A stretch of 63,630 nucleotides of DNA, filler included. It is 5 parts of 5 records of this genome, joined end to end, with 100 filler letters (N's around TTAATTAATTAA, not from the genome) between each part and the next. Parts side by side here need not be neighbours in the genome. Positions count along the whole stretch, not along the records: positions 19,648 to 40,260 come from SRR31156797_11453; 4 more parts are not named here. One strand, written 5' to 3'. A program made the position numbers and the translations under genes. The notes beneath the pieces were generated by a model that had not been told where the DNA came from, ran no database searches, and was given only the letters and a program-made list of their open reading frames with translations. This document shows positions 27,735 through 36,537 of this stretch, piece by piece (the stretch's first letter is position 1; every line of letters begins with the position of its first letter).

Positions 27735-28271
27735 TCAGGCCTGCTCGGCGGCCTTGACCCCCGCCATGTAGCATTCCCGGTTGAGGGGGGTGTTCCTGCC
27801 CTTGGCATCAAAATACGCATCAATGCCGTCGGCGAAAAATGTCGGTTCAAACAGGCCGGTGGCCTGGATCATGGAACCCAGCATCACCAGGTTGGCGCCC
27901 CGGATGTTCTTGAGTTCCTCGGAAATCCCGGTGGCCGCCACCTCCACCACCTTGATGTCGTCCCTGAAGGTACGATCCTGGATGATGGTTGAGTTGGAGA
28001 TCAGCACGCCCCCCGGTTTGACAAGGGCTTCGAATTTATCCACCGATGCCTCATTCATGGCAACAAGGGTGTCCATCTCCTTGATGAAGGGACTGTAGAT
28101 CTCCGTGTCGCTCACCTTTATATTACAGCTGGCCGTACCGCCGCGCATCTCTGAACCGTAGGAGGGCACCCAGCTCACCTGCTTGCCGCCGTCCATGGAG
28201 ATCTTGGCCAGGATGAGGCCCGCGGTGAGAATTCCCTGGCCGCCAAAGCCTGAACAAACAATGCTATTCAT
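27735..28271 (-). CDS. 2-oxoacid:ferredoxin oxidoreductase gamma subunit
   Basis: GFGGQG and SYGSEMRGG motifs. Start set at MNSIV. Confidence 0.9.
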   Translation of the reverse strand: MNSIVCSGFGGQGILTAGLILAKISMDGGKQVSWVPSYGSEMRGGTASCNIKVSDTEIYSPFIKEMDTLVAMNEASVDKFEALVKPGGVLISNSTIIQDRTFRDDIKVVEVAATGISEELKNIRGANLVMLGSMIQATGLFEPTFFADGIDAYFDAKGRNTPLNRECYMAGVKAAEQA

Positions 28272-29007
28272 TGGAATTGCCTCCTTTTTTAACAAATTCG
28301 CCAAGGGGATAGTAGGTCGTGACCGTGTTGTCGATGTGCTCAAGGGATTTGTCCGGCATCATCTTCCAGTTGGTGGGGCAGGGGGAGAGGATCTCCACCA
28401 TGGAGTAGCCGCCGCCGCTCATCTGGGTCTCAAAGGCGTTGCGGATATACTTCTTTACCCGGTTGATGTTCTTGATGCTGGTCACCGATCCCCGGGCAAG
28501 GTATCCGATGTCCAGATTCTTCATCTGGTTGATGATGTTCAGGGGCTGGCCCGTAAGATCCGTGTTCCGTCCCATGGGAGAGGTGACCGTCTTCTGGCCC
28601 GGCAGCGACGTGGGGGCCATCTGGCCGCCGGTCATGCCGAAGATGCCGTTGTTGACAAGGATGGCGGTGATGTTCTCGTTTCGCAGTGCCGCGTACATGG
28701 TCTCGGAAAAACCGATGGACATGGAGTCGCCGTCACCCTGGTAGGTGAAGACCGGGTTTTCCGGACGGCAGCGCTTGACGCCCGTGGCAAGGGCGGCAGC
28801 CCGGCCGTGGGGGGACTGGATCCAGTCCACGCCAAAGGTGTCCACCATGAGGCAGGCGCAGCCCACGGCCATGGAGCCGATGGCCTTGTCCGTCAATTTC
28901 ATTTCGTCCAGTACCTCGGCCAGGATCCTGTTGATGATGCCGTGTCCGCAGCCGGGACAGAATTTATTGTCCTCCACCAGTGCAGTGGGGATGAGTCGTT
29001 CAACCAT
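28264..29007 (-). CDS. 2-oxoacid:ferredoxin oxidoreductase beta (TPP-binding) subunit
   Basis: FCPGCGH, GDGD...NN and MTGGQ motifs. Confidence 0.92.
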   Translation of the reverse strand: MVERLIPTALVEDNKFCPGCGHGIINRILAEVLDEMKLTDKAIGSMAVGCACLMVDTFGVDWIQSPHGRAAALATGVKRCRPENPVFTYQGDGDSMSIGFSETMYAALRNENITAILVNNGIFGMTGGQMAPTSLPGQKTVTSPMGRNTDLTGQPLNIINQMKNLDIGYLARGSVTSIKNINRVKKYIRNAFETQMSGGGYSMVEILSPCPTNWKMMPDKSLEHIDNTVTTYYPLGEFVKKGGNSNE

Positions 29008-30067
29008 TGCAAGCCCCCTTGGCCGTTTCTTTGATGCAGTCGGCCGCTTTCTCTACGATGTCAATGGGTTCCGGGATGTTCATCCCGGCAAGGAAATTGT
29101 GTACGGGTTTTCGGGTGTCCAGTGACAGGAGCACATCTTCCTGGATCATGGGCATGGGGCTCAGCTCCACTGTCATGAACGAGGCAACCGTGTCCGGAAG
29201 CGCCTTAAACGCCTTGGCAGGGAAGGGCCACAGGGTGATGGGCCGGATCAGGCCCAGCTTGATCCCCTTTTCCCTTGCCAGCATCACGGCTTCCTTGCAG
29301 ATACGGGAGGTGATGCCGTAGGCCACGAGGACCAGCTCCGCATCCTCCACCTGGACGGACTCCCACCGCTCCTCGTTGGCGGCCATGGTGTCGTACTTCT
29401 TCTTTATATAGGTGTCGAAATCCTCGATGTAGTACATGGTGGAGGTGATGCGCTTGAACGGGCCGTCCCCTTTTCCCATGGCCGATGCCGGGTGCTGATT
29501 GGGATCGTGCTCGTGCATTTCGGGAAGATCCACCGGCTCCATCATGGAGGCGATGGAGGCGTCCGAGAGAACCAGGACCGGGTTGCGGTACTCATCGGCC
29601 TTGTCAAAGGCAAGGGTGGTGAAATCCACATTCTCCTGGATGGAGGCCGGCGCATATACGATCATCCGGTAATCGCCGTGGCCGCCGCCCTTGACCGCCT
29701 GGAAGTAGTCGCCCTGGGCCTGGAAGATATCGCCAAGGCCGGAACCGTAGCGCTGAACATTGATGATAACGGCGGGAAGCTCGGCCGATGCAATGTAGGA
29801 GATGCCCTCCTGGAGCAGGCTGAAGCCCGGACCGGAGGAGCTGGTCATGGTCCTGAAACCCGCTGCCGCCGCCCCGTGAACCATGGAGATGCCTGCCAGC
29901 TCGGATTCAGACTGAACAAAGTGGCCCCCCACTTCCGGCATGCGTTTGGAGAGATATTCCAGGATTTCGCTCTGGGGGGTGATGGGGTAGCCGCCAAAGA
30001 AGCGGCATCCGGCCCGAACGGCCGCTTCGGCCAGGGCATCGTTTCCCTTCATAAGTTTTAGTGCCAT
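29000..30067 (-). CDS. 2-oxoacid:ferredoxin oxidoreductase alpha subunit (VorB-like)
   Basis: GYPITPQSE and TSSSGPG motifs. Start set at MALKLMKGN. Confidence 0.92.
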   Translation of the reverse strand: MALKLMKGNDALAEAAVRAGCRFFGGYPITPQSEILEYLSKRMPEVGGHFVQSESELAGISMVHGAAAAGFRTMTSSSGPGFSLLQEGISYIASAELPAVIINVQRYGSGLGDIFQAQGDYFQAVKGGGHGDYRMIVYAPASIQENVDFTTLAFDKADEYRNPVLVLSDASIASMMEPVDLPEMHEHDPNQHPASAMGKGDGPFKRITSTMYYIEDFDTYIKKKYDTMAANEERWESVQVEDAELVLVAYGITSRICKEAVMLAREKGIKLGLIRPITLWPFPAKAFKALPDTVASFMTVELSPMPMIQEDVLLSLDTRKPVHNFLAGMNIPEPIDIVEKAADCIKETAKGACNG

Positions 30068-30068
30068 G

Positions 30069-30296
30069 CTATTGCACCTCCTTGATTTCGAAGACATAGT
30101 CCGGGCAGATCGTGTAGCAGGACCCGCAGCCGATGCACGTTTCCATATCAACAACGACGGGTTTGTATCCCTTTTGATTGATCTTTTCGGAAACTGAGAT
30201 CGCGTCCTTTGGGCAGGTTGGAATGCAGTATCTGCACCCCTTACATCGCTCCGGATGCAGGGTTAAAACGCTCTTTGTGGTGTCTTTCTTTGCCAT
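30069..30296 (-). CDS. 2[4Fe-4S] ferredoxin (oxidoreductase delta subunit)
   Basis: Two CxxCxxCxxxCP motifs; AAGGAG RBS before MAKKD. Confidence 0.9.
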   Translation of the reverse strand: MAKKDTTKSVLTLHPERCKGCRYCIPTCPKDAISVSEKINQKGYKPVVVDMETCIGCGSCYTICPDYVFEIKEVQ

Positions 30297-30393
30297 TGAA
30301 TGCTCCTTTACCCGAAAAAGCCCCTGGGGATGTTTCCGGGCAGATTGCAAAACCGTAACTGTTTACACTCGTCTCTTCGCAATTCGAGATATA

Positions 30394-30504
30394 TTCTTAT
30401 ATACGCACACAAGTTCGTATATTCAAACTATTGGGTAGATAGACCTTTAGAGGGAGGTTGTCAAGAATTATTTTTATATACGTACGGGTGTTCGTATATG
30501 CGAT
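30394..30504. promoter_or_regulatory. Two paired operator sites flanking a TTGACA promoter of the oxidoreductase operon
   Basis: ATATACGnAC-N4-GTTCGTATAT occurs twice, 77 bp apart; minus-strand TTGACA at 30464-30459 lies between them. Confidence 0.65.
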
Positions 30505-30643
30505 TTTTAGACATCAAGGGCGGTGGGTGCTTTTAAGGGGTGTCTGGGGTAAGTTGTTTTAAATCAGGGCGTTATGCCGGGTGTGGTGGTTGGGGGAGTG
30601 GGCGGGCCGGCCGGGCAACCGGCCCGCAAGTATGAGTTATATC

Positions 30644-31771
30644 TTATTTCCAGGTCAGGGATTTCAGCTTCACCAGCTCATATTTTCTTGTACCAAGCCC
30701 GATGGTTTCGGCATAGTCCAGCTGGATTTCCCAGTCAACATCGGGATAGAGTCCCTTGAATTTGTCTTCCCCGGCCTTGGTGTTGTGTTTCAGGCAGGTG
30801 CCGGGAAAGGCCTCTTCGGCATTGACAAGGTCCGCCGACGCCTGGTCAATGGCCACGGGATCGGTGGAGGCAACGATGCCGATGTCCCTCACAATGGGGG
30901 AATCGTTGTAGGGCAGGCAGTCACAGGCCGGGGAGATGTCGGTGATGAAGTTGATAAACAGGGCCTTATCCTCTTTGTCCTGGAGCACGCCCTTGGTGTA
31001 CTCCATCATTTTTTCAAGGAACACCGGAACGGTCTGGTTCCACCGGATGTTCACGGCGCCCGTGGGGCAGCGGATGATACACTCCCCGCATCCGATGCAG
31101 CGGTCCTGATCGATGGTGGCCTTTTCGTCCGCAAGGGTGATCGCCTCCCCCGGACAATTGTCGGCGCACTCCCCGCACCCGATGCAGAATTTCTTCTTTA
31201 TTTTGGGGCTCACCGTGGAGTGCTGGTCCAGCTTTCCCTTTCTGGAGGCGCACCCCATGCCCAGGTTCTTAAGCGTTCCACCGAACCCCGACAGCTCGTG
31301 GCCCTTGAAGTGGGCCACGGAGATAAGGGCGTCGGCCCCGATGATTTCCGAGCCGATGTAGACCTCCTTGCAATGCTTCAGTCCCACCCGGACCGCGGTT
31401 TCACTCTTTCCCCGGAGGCCGTCGGCAATAATGACGGGAGCATTGTCCATGCTGGAAAAGGAGAACCCGTTGGCAACGGCCGTGGTGATGTGGGATACCG
31501 TGTCACTCCGGGTTCCGGCATAGAGGGTGTTGGCGTCGGTGAGAAAGGGGGTCGCCCCGGTCTCCCGGATGGCCTGGACGATGCGCCGGATAAAGGGGGG
31601 GCGGATAAAGGCGGTGTTGCCCCGCTCTCCAAAATGGAGCTTTACGCCGGTGAGGTCGTTTTTCTCAAGCACCTCCTTAAGTCCAGCCGTGGTGATGAGC
31701 CGTGCCAGCTTCTCCGGAAGGTTTTCCTTGGAGTTGGCCTTGAAATCGGTAAAATAGACGGTCGCTGTCAT
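30644..31771 (-). CDS. DUF362 Fe-S protein with inserted 2[4Fe-4S] domain
   Basis: VKLHFGERGN, HFKGH and KNLGMGCASR motifs, two ferredoxin motifs, DPVAID. Confidence 0.88.
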   Translation of the reverse strand: MTATVYFTDFKANSKENLPEKLARLITTAGLKEVLEKNDLTGVKLHFGERGNTAFIRPPFIRRIVQAIRETGATPFLTDANTLYAGTRSDTVSHITTAVANGFSFSSMDNAPVIIADGLRGKSETAVRVGLKHCKEVYIGSEIIGADALISVAHFKGHELSGFGGTLKNLGMGCASRKGKLDQHSTVSPKIKKKFCIGCGECADNCPGEAITLADEKATIDQDRCIGCGECIIRCPTGAVNIRWNQTVPVFLEKMMEYTKGVLQDKEDKALFINFITDISPACDCLPYNDSPIVRDIGIVASTDPVAIDQASADLVNAEEAFPGTCLKHNTKAGEDKFKGLYPDVDWEIQLDYAETIGLGTRKYELVKLKSLTWK

Positions 31772-32244
31772 TGTCTCCTCCTGTGATCGCTTACCGCGAA
31801 GGTATGGGTCCTATAATGGTTCTTTCTCTCGGTCTGTTCAGCAATTGCATGTAACGATGTCGCCTTAACGGTACGCCTGCAGTTAACATCTCTAATTATC
31901 ATGCAAACCTGTCGGATTCAAGCAGAAGCAGTGCCGGGCCGATCCTTGCCCTGAAATTCACCCCTGGCGTCAACGGCATATAAAATTATCATGAATTTAA
32001 TGGTTTAATTTACTATGTGTTTTGTAAAAAAGTCCAAACACGCATCATTTTAGATGAAAAATCCAAAAGAAGTAAATTTGAAGAAATTGCTAACGGGGAT
32101 CACACATTATCGGAATTCATCCATCAAGGCTTGCGTTCCTGGTTGACAGGGGTATACTGTTCTGGACCGTAAGGTGTGACAAATATTTTTTATACAGCCG
32201 ACGATATTGTCACTTTAATCCAATCACACACAAAGGAGATAGAT

Positions 32245-32655
32245 ATGGCCCAGATGACAGAACGGATGAAGGAACTTTTTGAAAAGGTGCCCACTGCGAT
32301 CCTGTCCACCGCAACCAAGGACGGTATTCCCAATGCCGTGCCCGTGGGGGCAAAGAAGATCATCGATGACGAGACCATCCTCATATCCGATCAGTTTTTC
32401 AACAAGACCCTGGAGAACATGAAAGCCAATCCCAATGTGGCCGTCACCTGGTGGGAAGGCCATGAAGGGTACCAGCTCAAGGGAACCGTCACCATCGAAA
32501 CCACGGGGAAACGCTATGAATCCACCGCCCGCTGGATTGAAGACCTGGGTGCCAGGGCCGGTTTTCCCTTGAAATCCAAAGGGGCCGTGATCGTGCATAT
32601 CGATGCGATCTACGGGGTGTCCCCCGGGCCCGGTGCCGGAAAACAGCTGGCCTGA
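32245..32655 (+). CDS. Pyridoxamine 5'-phosphate oxidase-like FMN-binding protein
   Basis: LSTATKDGIPN, KTLENMKANP and GYQLKG motifs; AAGGAG RBS. Confidence 0.85.
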   Translation: MAQMTERMKELFEKVPTAILSTATKDGIPNAVPVGAKKIIDDETILISDQFFNKTLENMKANPNVAVTWWEGHEGYQLKGTVTIETTGKRYESTARWIEDLGARAGFPLKSKGAVIVHIDAIYGVSPGPGAGKQLA

Positions 32656-32809
32656 TTTGACAATGGGGAGTGCCGGATGCTTATTTCATGGGCCTCCCCC
32701 TTATTTTTGTTGATCCACTTTTCCATATCCTCTATTATCAAATAATCCTTCATGTAAATTTTCTTTACATCAGGCGGCTTCGTCCGTTTCGTTTATCCGC
32801 TTTGATTGC

Positions 32810-33808
32810 ATGCGGAAGTCGCTGCCCAAGTTGACGGGAGTGGAGATGGCCCGTTCCGAGTTGCATCCAATTCATCGCTTCAACGCCTGGCAGGTGTGGC
32901 CCGGGTCCTATGACAATCCTCCCCTGGACAGCCACTATCCCTTCCCGGAAGGGGCGGGCCTTGGGATCTCCCGGACAACGCCCATCGCTTCCATGGGTTC
33001 CTGCTTTGCCCGGGAGATCCGGAAGCGGCTGATCCGGCGGGGGTATAATTACATCCGGGAGGAGGAACACCATCCCGCATCGGTTCATGCCAGCGCCGCC
33101 TGGGAGCGGACCTACAACACCTTTACCATGCGGCAGATCTTTGAATACACCTTTGAGACCTTCGAGCCCGGCGTGCGGTGGTGGATCGCGCCCAAAACAG
33201 CCGTGGTGCAGGACCCGTTTCGCAGGATCATCCTCTATGACAGCCTTGAACAGGCAAAGGCGGATTTCAGCCGCCATATTGTTCATTCAAGAACGGCCCT
33301 GACAAGGGCCCGGGTGGTCATCCTGACCCTGGGGCTGACCGAGATCTGGGAGGATCGGCTGGACAAAACCGTGATCTGCCTGCCCTCGGGTCCCTATGTC
33401 AACGAGGGCGGCGACATGGACCGGTACCGGTTCCGGGTGAGCCGGTACCGGGAGAACCTTGATAACCTGGAAGCTGTTTACCGTATCCTTTGCCGCCACA
33501 ATCCGGGGTGCAAGTTTGTGATCACGGTCTCCCCGGTGCACCTCTGGGCGACCTTCAGAACCGACCTGGATGTGATCTCCGCAAGCTGTAACTCCAAGTC
33601 CACCCTGAGGGCCGTGGTGGACGAGTTTGTCTCAAACCATGAGGATGTGTTCTATTTTCCGGCCTATGAAATGGCCACCATCCATTGGGTGATGATGGGA
33701 AAGACGCCATTTGAAGTGGGCAAGGAGAACTTTCATATAAAGCCTCAGACCGTTGATCATATCATGGAGCAATTTTTTAATGTTTACGCCAGGGAAAGAC
33801 CGGGATAG
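32810..33808 (+). CDS. GSCFA-domain (SGNH-like) protein
   Basis: SMGSCFA, TLGLTE, TVSPV, SKSTLR and YFPAYE motifs. Confidence 0.88.
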   Translation: MRKSLPKLTGVEMARSELHPIHRFNAWQVWPGSYDNPPLDSHYPFPEGAGLGISRTTPIASMGSCFAREIRKRLIRRGYNYIREEEHHPASVHASAAWERTYNTFTMRQIFEYTFETFEPGVRWWIAPKTAVVQDPFRRIILYDSLEQAKADFSRHIVHSRTALTRARVVILTLGLTEIWEDRLDKTVICLPSGPYVNEGGDMDRYRFRVSRYRENLDNLEAVYRILCRHNPGCKFVITVSPVHLWATFRTDLDVISASCNSKSTLRAVVDEFVSNHEDVFYFPAYEMATIHWVMMGKTPFEVGKENFHIKPQTVDHIMEQFFNVYARERPG

Positions 33809-33820
33809 GAGAGATCGTCC

Positions 33821-35032
33821 ATGGAAAACAAAGCGAGATTCAACATCCTCATGTACTCCCACGATACCTACGGACTCGGCCATATCCGTCGAACCATGGC
33901 CATTGCCGAACACCTGAGCTGCCCCGACACCAACATCCTCATCCTGACAGGATCGCCCCTTGCCGGCAGGTTCACCTTTCCCCAGGGGGTGGATCATGTG
34001 CGCATCCCCGGGATGATCAAGCGGGCCAACGAGGACTATTTTCCCCTCTCCATCAGGATCGATCCCTTGCATGCCCTGGAGATCCGGAAGAGCATCATCC
34101 TTGCCACCGCGCAAACCTTCCGGCCCGACCTCTTCATCGTTGATAAGGAGCCTCTGGGGCTGAAGCGGGAGGTGTTGCCCACCCTCCAGTGGATGAGCAC
34201 CCACCCTGCTAAATGCCTGACGGTCCTGGGATTGAGGGATGTGATGGACGATGCCGAAACGGTTCGGCGGAACTGGCGGGAAAAAGGGGTGTATGAAAAC
34301 GTCGAAAGACTCTACAGCGAGGTGTGGGTCTATGGGGACAAGGCGCTCTACGATCCGATCGTTGAGTACGCCATTCCCGAGGCCATTGCCGGGAAACTCA
34401 CCTTTACCGGGTATATTCCGCGGAAGATGCCAGGCCCGGACGAGGTCCGGGAAATTCGCAAGCGTCTTGATATTTCTCCGGAGGAGCGCCTGGTCACCGT
34501 GACCACCGGGGGAGGGGGGGACGGGTTGTGGGTGCTGGAGTCCTATCTTGCCATGCTCGAAACCATGGCAAGGGCGTCGGATTCGCCTTCTTTCAAAAGC
34601 GTTCTCATTACCGGGCCTTTTCTCTCTGAGGATGACAAACGTGTCGTGCTGGAACGGGCCAGGGCCCTTGGGGTGATCGTGTATCAGTTCTTTACCGGTA
34701 TGGAGCAGCTTTTTTCAGCCTCGGATCTTGTGGTGTGCATGGGGGGATACAACACCGTGTGCGAGATCCTCACCCAGCAGACGCCTTCCCTGGTCATTCC
34801 ACGGGAGACGCCCCGGAAGGAGCAGCTCATCCGGGCCATGGCCATGAAAAAGAGGGGGCTTCTCGACTATATCCCTTGGGGGGAGGTGAACCCGGAGGTG
34901 CTGGAGAAGAAGATCCACGGGATCCTCGGCCAGCCGGAAGCGTTTCGCAAGGCCATGGCCGGCTTCGAGTTGACCGGCATCCATCGGATCTGTTCCCGGA
35001 TATCAACCTTTAAGGAGCGTATCATGCCGTGA
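33821..35032 (+). CDS. GT-B glycosyltransferase (GT28 C-terminal-like)
   Basis: YSHDTYGLGHIRR, GGGGDG, MGGYNT and EQLIRA motifs. Confidence 0.85.
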   Translation: MENKARFNILMYSHDTYGLGHIRRTMAIAEHLSCPDTNILILTGSPLAGRFTFPQGVDHVRIPGMIKRANEDYFPLSIRIDPLHALEIRKSIILATAQTFRPDLFIVDKEPLGLKREVLPTLQWMSTHPAKCLTVLGLRDVMDDAETVRRNWREKGVYENVERLYSEVWVYGDKALYDPIVEYAIPEAIAGKLTFTGYIPRKMPGPDEVREIRKRLDISPEERLVTVTTGGGGDGLWVLESYLAMLETMARASDSPSFKSVLITGPFLSEDDKRVVLERARALGVIVYQFFTGMEQLFSASDLVVCMGGYNTVCEILTQQTPSLVIPRETPRKEQLIRAMAMKKRGLLDYIPWGEVNPEVLEKKIHGILGQPEAFRKAMAGFELTGIHRICSRISTFKERIMP

Positions 35033-35709
35033 TTTCCTGGAACGGAAAAAAGGAGCGAAGACGGTTGAGATCGGGGCGCCAGGTGACCCTTCCCTTTCTT
35101 AAATCGGTGGAGATCGCCGTCAAGAGCATCCGGGCAAGGTTTTTCCGTTCGTTCATCACCCTGCTGAGCCTGGTGCTGGCCATCTCGTTTTACAGCTACG
35201 TCTCCGTCAACACCATTCTTATCCAGGGGATGCGCCTTTCCCAGGATTTTGCTTCCGTGGAACGGCTGGTTCAAGGGGAGGAGGGGGCCCCGGATCCCGC
35301 CAATGACCCAAAGCAGCGGTGGATTCTGTTTCTTTCGCTCCTGGTTTGTGTGGTGGGCATCGTCAACACCCAGCTCATGGCCGTGACCGAGCGGTTCAGG
35401 GAGATCGGCACCATGAAGTGCCTGGGGGCCCTGGACCGGTTCATCCTGAGGCTCTTTTTGATCGAGGCGACCATCCAGGGAGTGATTGGTGCCGCCGCAG
35501 GGGCGCTCCTGGGCACCGTGGCCTCGCTTATGTGGGCGGTTTTTCGGTTTGGCGGCCAGGTGCTCATGGTGACCGCCTGGTCCGATGTCGCTCTTTCCCT
35601 GGCATGGGCAATGGGGCTGGGGTGCCTGCTGAGCGTGATCGGGGTGCTCTATCCGGCCCTTGTGGCGGCAAGGATGCAGCCGGTGGAGGCCATGAGGGGA
35701 AGGGAGTGA
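35029..35709 (+). CDS. FtsX/MacB-type ABC permease (minimal)
   Basis: TERFREIGTMKCLGA and YPALVAARMQPVEAM motifs. Confidence 0.88.
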   Translation: MISWNGKKERRRLRSGRQVTLPFLKSVEIAVKSIRARFFRSFITLLSLVLAISFYSYVSVNTILIQGMRLSQDFASVERLVQGEEGAPDPANDPKQRWILFLSLLVCVVGIVNTQLMAVTERFREIGTMKCLGALDRFILRLFLIEATIQGVIGAAAGALLGTVASLMWAVFRFGGQVLMVTAWSDVALSLAWAMGLGCLLSVIGVLYPALVAARMQPVEAMRGRE

Positions 35710-35777
35710 ACGGGTAAGCCGCCCGGGATTATGGGGCCAGGGCAGACCTAACGCCGCCCGGGCAAGTCACCTGGGCC

Positions 35778-36536
35778 ATGGAGAAAGGGGCAGGGGGAAG
35801 TATGGAAGGGGCAACCAGAATCGTCCGGGTCGTCAAGGTGAAAAAGGACTTTACCATGGGGCGCAATGTGGTCCGGGTGCTCAAGGGCATCGATCTTTCG
35901 ATCCTTGCCGGAGAGTACATCTCCATCATGGGGCCCTCGGGCTCGGGCAAGAGCACCCTCTTTAACATGATCGGGGGCCTTGACAAGCCCTCTTCCGGCG
36001 CCGTGTTCATCGACGAGGTGGATATCGCCCAGCTGGACGCCTACGAACTGGCCTGGCTCCGTTGCCGGAAGATCGGCTACATCTTCCAGACCTTCAACAT
36101 CATCCAGGTGATGACCGCCCTGGAAAATGTGACCCTGCCCATGGTGTTTGCCGGGGTGGGGCCCATGGATGCCGCGAAAAAGGGGATGGAACTCCTGGAT
36201 ATGGTGGGGTTGAAGGACCGGTGCAGCCATAAGCCGTCCGAGCTGTCCGGGGGCCAGCAGCAGCGGGTGGCCGTGGCCAGGGCCCTGGCCAACGATCCGG
36301 CCATCATCCTTGCGGACGAACCCACGGGAAACCTGGATCTTACGACCGGGGAGGAGATCATCGATCTGCTGAAGATGCTCAGCGTCGAAAAAAGGGTGAC
36401 CGTCATTTCCGCCACCCACGACTTCAAGATGCTCAATGTGTCCGACCGGGTGGTTTGGATCGAGGACGGCAGGATCGATCGGATCGAAAACCGGGATGAA
36501 CTATCCATCTCCATGGGAACCATAGGAGAACGATGA
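35778..36536 (+). CDS. ABC transporter ATP-binding protein (LolD/MacB-like)
   Basis: GPSGSGKST, LSGGQQQR and ADEPTGNLD motifs. Start may be 35802. Confidence 0.93.
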   Translation: MEKGAGGSMEGATRIVRVVKVKKDFTMGRNVVRVLKGIDLSILAGEYISIMGPSGSGKSTLFNMIGGLDKPSSGAVFIDEVDIAQLDAYELAWLRCRKIGYIFQTFNIIQVMTALENVTLPMVFAGVGPMDAAKKGMELLDMVGLKDRCSHKPSELSGGQQQRVAVARALANDPAIILADEPTGNLDLTTGEEIIDLLKMLSVEKRVTVISATHDFKMLNVSDRVVWIEDGRIDRIENRDELSISMGTIGER

Positions 36537-36537
36537 G

